64,000 nt of DNA from an uncultured Trueperaceae bacterium (GCA_963727505.1 CAVSGP010000010.1:38583-102582), one strand, 5' to 3'; positions 43,240-55,243 are shown, counted from the stretch's first letter. Notes: generated by a model not told the origin, from the letters alone. Program-made: numbers and translations.

Positions 43240-45098
43240 CTAGTGTGAGGTCACATTGTTCAGCGACAAGCCATCGATCGCATTCGTGATGGTCTGGCCG
43301 TACTCCAGCGCACCGAGATCGGGGGCCGACCCGCTGAACGGAAGGCCGATGTCGATGCCGGCGTGAATCGCCGCACTGGTTGACGCCAGCGACAGGAAGT
43401 CAGCGTTACTAGCATCGGTGCTCGCGAACCCGGCGTTGGCGATGCGAGCTGCCAGGAGTTGTTCTGCAAGGTGTTGCCGGTGCCGAATGTCCCAAAGTTC
43501 CCGGAGGAGTTGCCGAAGGCCAGGTTGTTTTGCGCCGTGCCGTTGGAGATCACGAAACCGTAGCCGTCATTCCGGAACGCGGTCTTGTTCTGGAACGTCA
43601 CGCCGTTACTGTCGTTGTAGGTGAACCCGGCGTCCTTGTTGCCGAACGACAGGACGTTACGGACCAGAGCATGTCCGGTGACGGGCCCTCCGGCCTTGAC
43701 GCCGTTGCCGTCGCCGCTGGCCTGGAAGCCATTGTGGTAGGTGACCCAATGCTCCACAAGGCTGTAGGTGGACTTCCACACGTCGATCCTGTCGTCAGAG
43801 TGTTGTATGTCGCACGGTCCTCGATGTGGTTGGAGTCGCCGCTGCTGATGCTTATCCGTCGGCATTCCGACCCGAGGGCGAATCGTCGGCGTCGAAGTTG
43901 TTGTCGGAGATGAAGTGGGTGGACAGGTTGTTGCTTCCGAGGATGTTCATGAAGCCGCTCTGCTGACCGTCGTGGATCGCCAGGTTCGGAGAAGTGTCTG
44001 GCTCGAAGATATGAGCAGGACGCCCTCGCCGGGCGAATCCGGATCACGAAGTTGCGGAGGATATTGTACTGGGCGTCCTCGAGCCGCACCACCTGCGCCC
44101 TGCTGAGCCCGGCGCCGTCGAACACGGCACATTCGCCAGGGGCGGACTGGTACACAATTGGCTGGCTGGCGGTACCGGAACTGCCGAACGTCACGTCGGT
44201 GGAGTACACCCCTCCGCTCACCCACACCACGTCGCCCGGGCCGGCCCGGTTGGCCGCCGCCTGCAAGGTCCGCAGCGGCTGGCTGGGGTCGCGGCCGGTA
44301 TTGCTGTCCCAGCCGCTGGTGAACACGTACATGGTGGGGCTTACTGCGGCGTCAGCGCGGTGGACGGGCAAACCCACTGTCTCGCGCTTACGGTGGCGAA
44401 GGTGACGCGGGGTGGACCCATCGGGACGCGTGACGCCGAGGTCGGATACCTGGGCGTTCGTGAGCGTGCCGGACACGTGGCTCGTCACGGCCACACCGGC
44501 GTAATCGGCCGCCGAGTACGACACCGTGGCCGATGGGATCTCCGTCCAGGACTTGCCATCGATACTGTAGTAACCCGTCACCTGAGTCCGACGCGTTCGA
44601 GCCGCAACCACATGTTGGTCCAATTCCGGTCAGGCTCGTGACCTGCGAAGGTTGCCCTGCGGTCGTGCGCCAAATGAACTCGACGGCCCCGGTCGGGTAA
44701 CGCCGACCATCGCGTGGACTGCATCGGCGTCGAGCGTATCCCGAAGCATCAGGCCTACCTTGGCCCACATGTGGGAGTCCTGAATGAGCTGACCTTCATG
44801 GTCATCTGCAGGTCACCGTTCTGCTGCTCGTAGACGAAGTGGAACGAGTCCGCAGTGCCGTAGATATCGGACCCGGCACCGGAGCGGACCATCTCTTGGG
44901 AACGCCGCTGGCGTTCTGCCTGAGCACCTTGACGCTCCCGCTGGTCGCGACTGCGCCGACGTCGGCGCTCTGCCAGCCGGGGCCGATGCCGCTGAACGTC
45001 GGCACGCTCGGCCCGCTGACACTGGAACAGGCGGCGAGCGCCAGGACGACCGCGAGAAAAAGGCCCACCAGGACAATTCCAGCCTTAACTTGGCGCAT
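43240..45098 (-). CDS. Secreted lipoprotein: ConA-like domain plus right-handed beta-helix, PL9 pectate-lyase-like (frameshifted)
   Basis: Lipobox LAAC; GADIYGTADSFHFVY; PLRTLQAAA...PGDVVWVSGGVY; GDGNGVKAGG; PDLGALEY. Confidence 0.68.
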
Positions 45099-45698
45099 GT
45101 TCAGTCATCCGCTCTGAGGGGGGCTGCCGGCTCCGGCGGCCGCGTGAACCGGCCCGGGACGCCATCGCCGAACACGATGAGCTGGTAGAGGGCGGGCGAT
45201 GTACGGACGTCACAGCGCGCCTCGAACGGCGGCTGCAAATGGATCAATTGAGCGGGCGGCTGCGTGAGCCGGATGGCTGCCGGCCGTGCGCGTTCGGCGT
45301 TATGGGAGTCGGGACGGCTCGTGTTGGTGCGCGCTCGGAACGACGTGAGCTTGACGACGCGGCACCGTCCTGAGGTCTCGGAGGGTCTGTCCGAAGCTGA
45401 TTGAGCAACACGGTGTTCCTTCCTCGGTGACGGGGCCGCCTCGTCCGGCGACCTAGCAACATACGTGGCGGTCGTGTGAAGCGCATTAGGCCACCTCGAC
45501 CTCCGCATTTCGGGACATACGACCCTGGACGGAGAACGCCCGTCCTGGCCGGGCGTCGTGGGAATAGTCAGAGATGTCGGGCTCTGGATGCGGGATTCCT
45601 CACAGCGTGCGGCCTATGGCCTGTTACGCCCAGCAAGCTGAGTCACAACGCCTAGGCGCATGCTTACGCCGCCTGTTCACCTTTAACGATTCATGAAG

Positions 45699-46329
45699 GG
45701 CGTTTCAAGCCGGTCATCGCAACGATTTCAGCGTACGCCTCCGCTGGGGTGATCCATCCGATTCTGCCGGCCCAGCGGGCGGCACTGCGCTGTGCCGGTG
45801 CGCACGCAGGCGGTGAGATCCTTGCGCAGGCCGCCTCGCCCCTGCACGAACAGCGCCGATGGTCTCGTGACTCACGCGCAGGCCCTCATCACCAGGGACG
45901 TCGCTCCCAGATGCGCGCTGATCTGCTGCGGCGACCACAGCTCGGCGAGCAGCCGCTCGACCTCGCCGCGGAGCTGCTCGCAACGGGCGAGCTTCGGCGC
46001 TCTGGGTCGCGCCATGCGCCTCACGGCGCGCTCGTCACCCCGCCAGGCCCGGTAGCGACTCCGACCGCCGTTGGCGTTGATCTCCCGGCTCACAGTCGAC
46101 GGCGCACGTCCCAGCCTTCCGGCGATGTCCCGCACCGACAAGCCTTCGGTGAGGCCCCTGCCGATCTCTTCGCGCTCCTCGAGCGACAACCGCAGGGTCG
46201 AGCGACGCCTCACCACCAGCCGGTCACGTCGCGCTCCGAACACCCGGTAGATCGCATTCAGGGAGCTGCCGAACTCCGCCCGACCCTACGCTAGCAGGCC
46301 AGGTGTTGCGACGATCCATTGAAACCACC
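45699..46329 (-). mobile_element. IS30-family element, internally deleted (non-autonomous, about 630 bp)
   Basis: Imperfect terminal IRs at 45699-45724 and 46304-46329; transposase N-terminus (LSLEEREEI, GRAPSTVSRE, WSPQQI, VSHETI) fused near 45760 to the C-terminal GWITPAEAYAEIVAMTG; DDE core absent. Confidence 0.82.
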
Positions 46330-46346
46330 CAGGAGTACTCGAGTCC

Positions 46347-46388
46347 GAAAAAGACGCTGCGGGCCGCCCCCCGGAAGGGGGCAGCCCG
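46347..46388 (-). terminator. Rho-independent terminator-like hairpin downstream of the surface protein gene
   Basis: GGGCCGCCCCC-cggaa-GGGGGCAGCCC with a nearby T-run on the minus strand. Confidence 0.5.
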
Positions 46389-46422
46389 GCCGCTCACCGC
46401 GAACTCCGAATGATGTGCAGCG

Positions 46423-48695
46423 TTACCGCTGGTTCGTCGGAGCCTTCATGGTGGGCAACATGTGCACATCATCATCTGTGGCGCCACGTGGGCCGGCGAG
46501 ACCGGAGAGCAAGTGTTGATCTCGTCGAGGTTGGGGTGGCCGTCGGTGCCGATGTTGGTGCCGTACGTGACGTTGTTGAGCGTGAGGTTGGTGGGGTCTG
46601 TGCAGTAGTAGTGCTCGATGGCGCCGCCCCAGGTAGCGGTGTTGCCGTCGAAGAACACGTTGGTGAGGGTGGCATTCCCGGTGGAGCTGATGGCGAAGCC
46701 GCCCCCGAGGTCCGCCGTCGTGTTCCCCGAGATGTCGGCGTTCGAGAACGAGAGCGTGCCGCTGTTGAAGATGCCTCCGCCGAACGCCCAGGCGGTGGAG
46801 TCGTGGGTGTAGCTGGTGTAGTCGGAGACGTTGTTGGTGACCGGGCTGCTATCGAGGGTCATGCTGCCGCTGGGGTTGTAGATGCCACCGCCCGCGTACT
46901 TGGAGACGTTTCCGTCGAAGGTGGTGTTGCTGACAGTCACGGTGCCGCCGTTGTTGAGGAGCGCGCCGCCGTAGCCGCCGTCAGAGGGGGTGGTGGTGTA
47001 GCTCGTGCCGTGGATGGCGTAGGTGGTGCCCATCTCGCTGTCTTCCGTGAGCACGGTGTTCCCGTCGACGTGGCTGTCGGTCAGCGTCAGGTTGCCGGCG
47101 CCCGTGTTGTAGATGCCGCCGCCCTGCTGCCAGGCGCGGTTCCCGGTCACGGTGGTGTTGGTGATCGTCAGGTCGCCGCGGTTCTCGATGGCCCCCGCCG
47201 TTGTAGATGAAGGCCCCACCCTGGATCGATGAGGTGGTCAAGGTGGCCCTCAGGACGGGGGGCACCAGCATCATGCGCGACTTCCAGGTGGTGGGGTCGC
47301 TGGTGCCGGACGGCGCGGGGACACGCCGTTGAGCGTCACGCCGCCGGCCGGGCCGCTGAGCGTCACGTCGGTACGGAAGATCAGTTGCGCGTCGAGCTCG
47401 CTGCCGTTGACCGGGGTCGTGTCGACACCGGCGACGTCGAGGGAGGTGATGTCCGAGGAGAAGCCGACGATGCTGCCCGACGCCGCGTGGGCCAGGACGT
47501 CACGCAACGTGCCCGGGATGGCCGCGTCCGGCGTGCGGCCGCCGAGGGAGAACGGGTCGGAATCGTCCGTGGAGTACACGACGTTGGTGGGCCTCGCGTC
47601 CGCCGATTGGGTCCCGCCCTGCCCGGTGGCGACCACGCGGATGGTGCGCCGCGTGCTCGGCGGGATGGCAATGGTGTCGCTGGTGGTCGTGAGGCCGCTG
47701 TCGATGAGCTGCTGGTCGGTGGTGTCGGCGTTGAGCACGGCGTAGACGTCGTAGCTCGTGGCGTCCGACGCCGTCCAGCTGAGGTCGAGGGTGCTCTGCG
47801 TCCCGACGGTCGCCGTGAGGTTGCTGACCACCGGCGGCTGGACCGTGACCGTCACTGTGGCCGTAGTGTCGCCCGCGCTGTTGGTCGCCGTAGGGTGTAC
47901 GTGGTGCTGGTGGCCGTGGGCGTCACCGTGACGCTGCCTCGGGGCGACTGCGAGATGGCGATGTTGTTGGTGCCGTCGCTGAGGCTCCAGCTGGTGGCGC
48001 CCGAGGTGATCCAGCTCAGGTCCACGCTGGATCCGGGGGGGACGGGGTTGGTGCTCGCCGCCGCGAAGTCGCTGATGGTCGGCGCCGCGCTGGCCGCCTG
48101 CACCGTCACCGACGCCGTGTCGGTCACGGTGCCGATGCTGTTGGTGGCGGTGAGCGTGTAGGTCACGCTGCCGAGGGCGGGCGTGACGTCCACGCTGCCG
48201 GTCGCCGTCTGGGGGACGGTGATGTTGTTGGTGCCGTCGCTGAGGCTCAGGGTGGTGGCGCCGCTGACGTCCCAGCTCACGGTCACGGCGTCGCCCTCGG
48301 TCACCGTCGCCGGGGTGGCGCTAAAGCTATTGATGGTGGGCGCCGTCGTCGCCGCCGTCACGGTCACCGTGACCGAGTCGGCCTTGCTGTGGTCCGCCGT
48401 GCTGGTGGCCGTGATGTCGCCGTGCCGGTGGCATTGGCGGTCACCTTGCCGTTGCTCGGGACGCTGGCGATGCCGGTGTGGTTGCTGCTCCAGGTGACCG
48501 TCCGGGCCGCGGCCCCGGTCACGCTGACGTCGGCGGTGAGCGTCTTCGTGCCGCCAGCATCGAGCGAAGTTGCCTCCGGGGTCGTCACGCTCACCACCCA
48601 CGGGCTGGACCCGCAGCGGCCAACAGCAGCGTGACGATGAGCCCCACCGGCACAAGCACTCAAGATGCCGAAAAGAATGTGTTCGTCTTGGGCAT
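46423..48695 (-). CDS. Large surface lipoprotein: Big_2/PKD-like Ig domains plus GG(A/G)I(Y/F)N beta-helix repeats (frameshifted)
   Basis: RBS AAGGAGG; signal peptide with probable LAAC; VTWSSN, APTINSFSATP, YTLTATN, GTLRD and repeated GGGIYN. Confidence 0.72.
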
Positions 48696-49170
48696 GGTCC
48701 ACCATCCTCCTTGGACCTGTACGGGCGCGGACCCGTCGGATTCGTTACGTTTTGAACCCGGTCTTCGGCGCAGCCTGCACCGGCTCTTCGCCCGGTTTTG
48801 TGATGGTCGTGGCACCAGCTGCTGTTCGCTTGCCGGGTCGCGGGCCTGCCGGTGCGGGGGCGTTCCTCGAGGCCGACGCGGCGACCCATCGAGGTGCTGA
48901 ACGAGCGCAGCGTCAGCTCGCTGCGTACCTTCCTGGCGGCCCGACCGGAGGTGGAGGCTGGGCCGCGACCGCGACCCGCGCAACGCCGAAGCCATCCGCT
49001 GGGAGGCACCCCCGCCACCGCAGAAACGGACGGCGATGCGGTAGACTCCTGAAGCAAGCGACCGGCCCCCCGAACTGTCTGCGTCGCCGGGACGCGGCGG
49101 TCGCCGAAGAACATGTAGCCGGCATTTCGCTCTCTTCCCGTCGTGGCAATACGAGGTCAGGCACCAAGGC

Positions 49171-51214
49171 ATGGGTGGCATAGCCGGCATCTACGCCGCC
49201 CCAGACCAGCGCGCGCCTCGCGCCCTCCTCGAGTCGATGGCGGGCGAGCTCGCGCATCGAGGACCCGACGGGGTCGGGCTCTACCTCGACGAGCGCTTCG
49301 GGATGGTCAACACCGCCTGTCGATCATCGATCTCGCCGGAGGGGACCAACCCCTGTCCAACGAGGACGGCCGGCTGTGGGCGATGCAGAACGGCGAGATC
49401 TACAACTACCCGGAGCTGACGGCCGAGCTCGAGGCACGGGGCCACCGCTTCGCCACCCACTCCGACACCGAGGTCATCGTTCACGCCTTCGAGCAGTGGG
49501 GTGAGGCCTGCCTGGACCGGCTCGACGGCGAGTTCGCCTTCGCCGTGTGGGACCGGCGCTCCCGGGAGCTGTTCCTGGCCCGGGACCGCTTCGGCATCCG
49601 TCCGCTGTTCCTGGCCGGCCACGGCCGCGAGCTCGCCTTCGCCTCGGAGGCCAAGGCGCTGCTGCGCCACCCGCGGGCGGAGCGCCGCATCGACCCGCTG
49701 GCGCTGGTGGAGACCTTCACCGTGGGCGCCGCAACCCGACCGCAGCGCCTTCCCGGGGATCCGCGAGTTGCCGTCCGGGCACTTCCTTCGGCTGGGCCCG
49801 GACGGCCCGCCGCGGGAGCAGCGCTGGTGGGAGCTGCGCTTCGGCCGCGCACGGGGCTGCGCCAGGAGTCGCCCGAGGCGCTCGCCGAGGAGCTGCGGGC
49901 GCTGCTCGACGACGCCACCCGAATCCGCCTGCGCGCCGACGTGCCGGTCGGGGTGTACCTCTCGGGCGGGCTCGACTCCAGCGCCACGGCGGCGTTGGCT
50001 CGGCGCCACACCTCGCGCGAGCTGCGCGGCTTCGGCATCGGTTTCGAGGACGAGCGCTTCGACGAGAGCCGCTACCAGGACGCGGTGGCCGACGCCCTGG
50101 GCGTAGAGCTGACGCGCGTGACCGTCTCCGGGCGAGACGTCGCCGACGCCTTCCCCGAGGTCGTGCGCATGGCGGAGAAGCCGATGCTGCGCACCGCACC
50201 CGGCCCCTTGCTGCGGCTCTCGCGCCTGGTGCGCGAGTCGGGCATGAAGGTGGTGCTCACGGGCGAGGGTGCCGACGAGATCTTCGGCGGCTACAACCTC
50301 TTCCAGGAGGCCATGGTGCGGCGCTTCTGGGCGCGCAGGCCGGAGTCGCGCCTGCGCCCCGCCCTGATCGGGCGCCTCTACCCCTACCTGGCGCGCGACC
50401 TGAACCGCGGCGGCGGCTTCCTGGCGGAGTTCTTCCGGGCCGGCCTGGAGGACGTGAGCGACCCGCTCTACAGCCACCGGCCGCGCTTCCGCACCACCGC
50501 CCGCAACCTCCGCTTCCTGAGCAGCCAGGCGCGCGCCGCGGCGTCCTGGCCGCCGCGCCCGGCCCGAGCGATCCGAGGAGCGCCTGCTGGCGCGGCTGCC
50601 GGCCTGGTTCGCCGAGGCAGGGCCGCTCGGCCAGGCGCAGCACCTGGAGATCGCCACCTTCCTGGAGGGGTACCTACTGCACTCGCAGGGCGACCGCATG
50701 CTCATGGCCAACTCCGTCGAAGGGCGCTTCCCTTCCTGGACGTGCATGTGGCGGAGTTCGCGGCGAGCCTTCCGGAACGGCTGCGTCTGCGCGACCTGGA
50801 CGAGAAGTATCTGCTGCGCAAGGCCGTGGCGCCGCTGCTGCCGGAAGCGGTGTGGCGCCGGCCCAAGCGCCCCTACCGCGCGCCCATCGTGCGCGCCTTC
50901 GTGGGCCCGGACGCACCCGAGTACGTGCGCGAGCTGCTCGACCCCGAGCGGGTCGACGCCGACGGCCTGTTCGCAGGCCCGGCGGTGGCGCGGCTTCTCG
51001 CCAAGGCGGAGCGTTACAGCGCCGAGCGACACGCGGGCGTCGACCTGGGCGAGAGCGACGAGATGGGGCTGGTCGGGGTGCTCTCGGGCCAGCTGCTGGC
51101 CGAGCAGTTCGTGCGCTCGCCGCGCCTGGCCGAGCCGGCGGAGCCGCACGGGTGGTGGTCGGCGCCACCGTGGGGCGGGGCGCCCACGCCTCAGGGAAGG
51201 ACAGGAGGGCCTGA
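49171..51214 (+). CDS. Asparagine synthase (AsnB)-like amidotransferase 1 (frameshifted)
   Basis: HRGPD, RLSIIDL, NGEIYNY, SDTEV, ARDRFGIRPL, YLSGGLDSS, TGEGADE and EGRFPFLD; N-terminus reads MGGIAG. Confidence 0.9.
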
Positions 51215-51219
51215 CGAGC

Positions 51220-52766
51220 ATGACCCCGGATACGAGCGCCTGCTGCACGACAGCCTGGCCCACAGCGCGGCCGAGGTTCCGGACAAGCCGGCGGTGATCG
51301 CCGCCGAGGGCGGGTGAGCTACCGCGAGCTCGACGCCGCCGCTGCGGCGCTGGCGGGCGCACTGCAGCGTCGCGGCGTGCGCCGCGGCGACCGCGTGGCG
51401 ATCTACCTGGAGAACGGCGCCGCCGTGGTCATCGCCGTGTACGCGGCGCTCCGCGCCGGGGCGGCGTTCATGGTGGTGAACCCGCAGACCAAGGCGGACA
51501 AGCTGCGCTACATCCTGGCCGACAGCGGCGCCTCCGCGCTCGTCACCGACGCGTCCATGGCCCGCACCGTGGCGGAGGCCGGCGAGGGCCTCGAGACGCT
51601 GCGCACGGTGGCCGTGCGCGGCGCGCTCCGCACCGCCCTGCCCGGCGCGGTCGATCTCGACGCCCTGATCTCGGAGGGCGCCGGGCCGGACGAACCCAGC
51701 ACCATCCCGCTCGACCTGGCGGCGCTGGTCTACACCTCCGGCTCCACCGGCAACCCCAAGGGCGTGATGCTGTCACACCAGAACATGGTGTTCGCGCAGC
51801 AGAGCCTGTGCCAGTACCTGCGCCTGGAGCGCGACGACCGCATCCTCGACGTGGTCCCGCTCGCCTTCGACTACGGCCTGTACCAGGCGCTCATGGCCGT
51901 GCACCTGGGGGCCACGCTGGTGCTGGAGGCCTCCTTCGCCTTCCCCGCGCACGTCGTCAAGCGCGTCAACGAGGAGGGCGTGACCGTCTTCCCGGGCGTG
52001 CCCACCGTCTTCGCGACGTTGCTGGCGATGCACCGGCACCAGCCGATCTCGATGCCCAGCGTCCGGCGCATCACCAACACCGCCGCGCACCTGTCCGACG
52101 CCTACGTCCCCGGGCTGCTGGAGATGAGCCCGGACGCGCTGATCTACAAGATGTACGGCCTGACCGAGTGCAAGCGCGTGTGCTACCTGGAGCCGGAGCT
52201 GGTGCTGCACAAGCCCTGCTCGGTGGGCAAGGCCATCCCCGGCACCGAGACCTCGTGCTGGGCGACGACGGCGACCCGTGCCCCCCGGCGAAACCGGCGT
52301 GCTGTACGTGCGCGGCCCGCACGTGATGATGGGCTACTGGAACCTGCCCGAGGAGACCGCGCGCATGCTGAAGCCGGGCCGCTACCCGGGCGAGCGCATG
52401 CTGTGCACGCACGACTACTTCCGCGCCGACGCCGAGGGCTTCCTCTACTTCGTGGGCCGTAGCGACGACATCATCAAGAGCCGGGGCGAGAAGATCAGCC
52501 CGGTCGAGGTGGAGAACGCCCTGACCGGCATACCAGGCGTCCAAGAGGTTGCGGTGGTGGGCGTGCCGGACGCGATCCTCGGTCAGGCCGTACGTGCCTA
52601 CGTCGTGCTTGACGGCAGCGCGGCCCTTGACGAGCGCGCGTTCCGGCGTCACTGTATGGCTCGTTTGGAAAGTTATATGGTGCCCCGAGACGTCGTCTTC
52701 GTCGACGATCTACCGAAGACCGGCACGGGCAAGGTGCGCAAGCGAGACCTCCTCGTGGATATGTGA
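51220..52766 (+). CDS. Adenylate-forming (amino)acyl ligase (frameshifted)
   Basis: YTSGSTGNPKG, PLAFDYG, MYGLTEC, GRSDDIIKSRGEKISPVEVE and PKTGTGK; RBS AGGAGG. Confidence 0.9.
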
Positions 52767-52824
52767 GCCGTCGGCGGGCACCGAAATACCATGCGGAGAA
52801 GGCCCAGGAAAGGGAACACCAGTT

Positions 52825-53094
52825 ATGTCGGAGGCAGAACGCGATGTGCGACAGTTCCTCACGGACAACTTCATCCTCGAGCAGGACGCCAACGCATTGC
52901 CTAGCAACGAGTCTCTGACGCGCAGTGGGGTACTGGACTCGATGGGCGTGCTCGAACTGATCATGTTCATCGAGGAGCGGTTCGGCGTTACGGTCCCGGA
53001 CGAGGACACCCTGCCGGCCAATCTAGATACGGTGGACAGCATCGTGCGGTACGTGCAGGAGAGGCTCGCCGGCTCCCCGACTGCCCATGACTGA
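52825..53094 (+). CDS. Dedicated acyl/aminoacyl carrier protein
   Basis: 89 aa, acidic; GVLDSMG phosphopantetheine site; distinct from acpP. Confidence 0.9.
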   Translation: MSEAERDVRQFLTDNFILEQDANALPSNESLTRSGVLDSMGVLELIMFIEERFGVTVPDEDTLPANLDTVDSIVRYVQERLAGSPTAHD

Positions 53095-54081
53095 GCACGT
53101 CACATTGTCCGCAGATGTCCTGCATCTCCACGATCCCGACACGGTGGTGAAGGCCGTCGTTGATGGGCTCAGGCGCGAGGTCCGCGGTTTTCGCCGCAAG
53201 GGAGCTGTGGTAGCGCTTTCGGGTGGCATCGACAGTACTGTGGTGGCGGCCTTGGCGGCCCGCGCCTTCGGTCCCGAGCGCGTCCTCGGGCTGCTCATGC
53301 CGGAAGCGGACTCCCGCAGGACACGCTGCGGCTCGGCCGATTGGCGGCCGAGAGCGCCGGCATCGAGACCGTGCTGGAGGACATCACGTCGGTCCTGAAG
53401 GCAACAGGCTGCTATCGCCGGCGCGACGAGGCCATCCGCCAAGTGCTCCCCGAGTACGGAGAAGGGTGGAAGGCGAAACTCGTGCTGCCGAGCGTGGTAG
53501 ACACGGAGAAGTACCGCCTTTTCTCCATCGTGGCGCAGGCACCGAACGGGCGCCAGCTGAGTGCGCGGCTCACTCCCAAGGCCTATCTACAGGTGGTCGC
53601 TGCGACCAGCTTCAAGCAGCGGTCTCGCAAGATGATGGAGTATTACCACGCCGACCGCCTCAACTACGCTGTGCTAGGCACTCCCAACCGACTGGAGTAC
53701 GACCAGGGCTTCTTCGTGAAGAACGGGGACGGGGCGGCGGACGTGAAGCCGATCGCGCATCTCTACAAGTCCCAGGTGTACCAGCTGGCAGCGACGCTAG
53801 GTGTGCCAGAGGAGATCCGCTCGCGCCCACCGACGACAGACACTTACTCCATGCCACAGACTCAGGAGGAGTTCTACTTCTCACTTCCTTACGACCAGAT
53901 GGACCTCTGCCTCTACGCCGTCGACCACGACCTGCCGGCGGCGAGCGTAGGCGTTGCACTGGGGCTAACCGAGAAGCAGGTGGAGCGAGTGTTCCTCGAT
54001 ATTGCGGCGAAACGCCGCGTGGCGGACTACCTTCTCGCCGCGCCTCGGCTGCTACAGCCCGTGGACGAGGTGAATAGATAG
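53087..54081 (+). CDS. NH3-dependent NAD synthetase (NadE)-like ATP pyrophosphatase (frameshift near 53320)
   Basis: VALSGGIDS, KQRSRK, GTPNRLE, GFFVKNGDG, PIAHLYKSQVY and RPPTTD; no glutaminase domain. Confidence 0.85.
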
Positions 54082-55243
54082 TGGGCGTCGCTTCCACTTC
54101 GGCGGCCGGCTACGACGGCCCCGTACGAATCCGCCCATACCGGCCGGACGATGCGCCGGGCGTGGCATCGTTGTGGCAGTACTGGTTCCGCGGCAAGTCG
54201 CGGATTCCCGATCCCGGCCTGATCGAGCTGGTGCAAACCATCTTCGGTGAGAACCCCAACAAGGATCCGGAGGTGACGCCGCTGGTAGCGACCGCTGAGG
54301 ACGGCGGCATGCTCGGCTTCCTGGGCGTCACGGTCACGCCCGTGCTCCTCGACAAGAAGCGAGGCACGCTCGCTTGCATCTTCCCCTCGGTGGTGGACCC
54401 CAACGCTCCGACCACGCTGGCGAGCTTCCTGATGCGGAAGTCCTTGGCCGGTCCGCAGGTCTTCACGTTCAGCGACGGTGGCGATGTCAAGTTCAGCGCA
54501 TCTGGGAGCTGCTTGGCGGACGTGTCGGCCAGCTCCAGTCGCTGCGCTGGGTACGCGTATTTCGGCCACTGGAGACAGGCGTCGACATGCTCTCAAAGCG
54601 CCGGCGACAAACGCCGCTCGTGACCGCACTCGGCCCGGTGGCGCTGGCAGGCGATGCGCTGGCGCGCCGTGCGCGCCGTCGGCAACTCCGCGCACCCCGT
54701 TCGGGCTGGAGTTCCGAGCCGCTCACGCCGGAAGCGCTTATCGAGGCCAACGAAGTACTCTTCGCCACGAAGCGGATGCGGCCAGCGTACACCCCCAAGT
54801 ACTTGCGCTGGTTATTCCGCGAGATGGCCAGCGCAAGTGAGCAGGGTGATCTCACCGCCCGTCTGGTGCGCGACGAACACCAACGGGTAGCCGGCTACTA
54901 CGTCTACTACATGCGTCGTGCCGGGGTCTGCCGCGTGTTTTCGTTGGAGGCGCACGACCGCACGCTGGCGGGCGTCATCGACCACCTGTTCGGTGAGGCA
55001 GATGAAGGGGGCGCCGCGGCTCTGATCGGGCGGCTTGAACCGCGCCTGCGCCGCCCCATGTCCGACCGCGGGTGCTTGGTCCATTCTGGCGGTTCGCTGC
55101 AGTTCGTGCACTCGCACGATGCTTCGCTGATGGACGACGCCCTCCTCGGTCGCCTGGCCTTCTCGCGCCTTGACGGCGAGAACTGGTACTGGTGGCGGTT
55201 GGTCAGTGCGCGGTTGGTTCCCGAGCAACAGAACAACGAGTAG
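54081..55243 (+). CDS. Tandem GNAT-fold putative acyltransferase (frameshift near 54490)
   Basis: VRIRPYRPDDAPGV, GMLGFLGV, YLRWLF and VAGYYVY; about 385 aa; tightly coupled to the NadE-like gene. Confidence 0.6.

Noticed and set aside
45101..45690. 135-aa ORF or ncRNA upstream of the lyase gene
   Set aside because: No recognisable motif, RBS or convincing structure; more likely promoter or spacer DNA.
48852..49052. Coding-looking fragment (IEVLNERSVSSLRTFLAA) between the divergent genes
   Set aside because: Could be a gene remnant, but no family is recognisable.
49171..53094. Lasso-peptide or NRPS cluster
   Set aside because: No precursor peptide, transglutaminase-like B protein, RRE, condensation or thioesterase domain; the context is polysaccharide synthesis.
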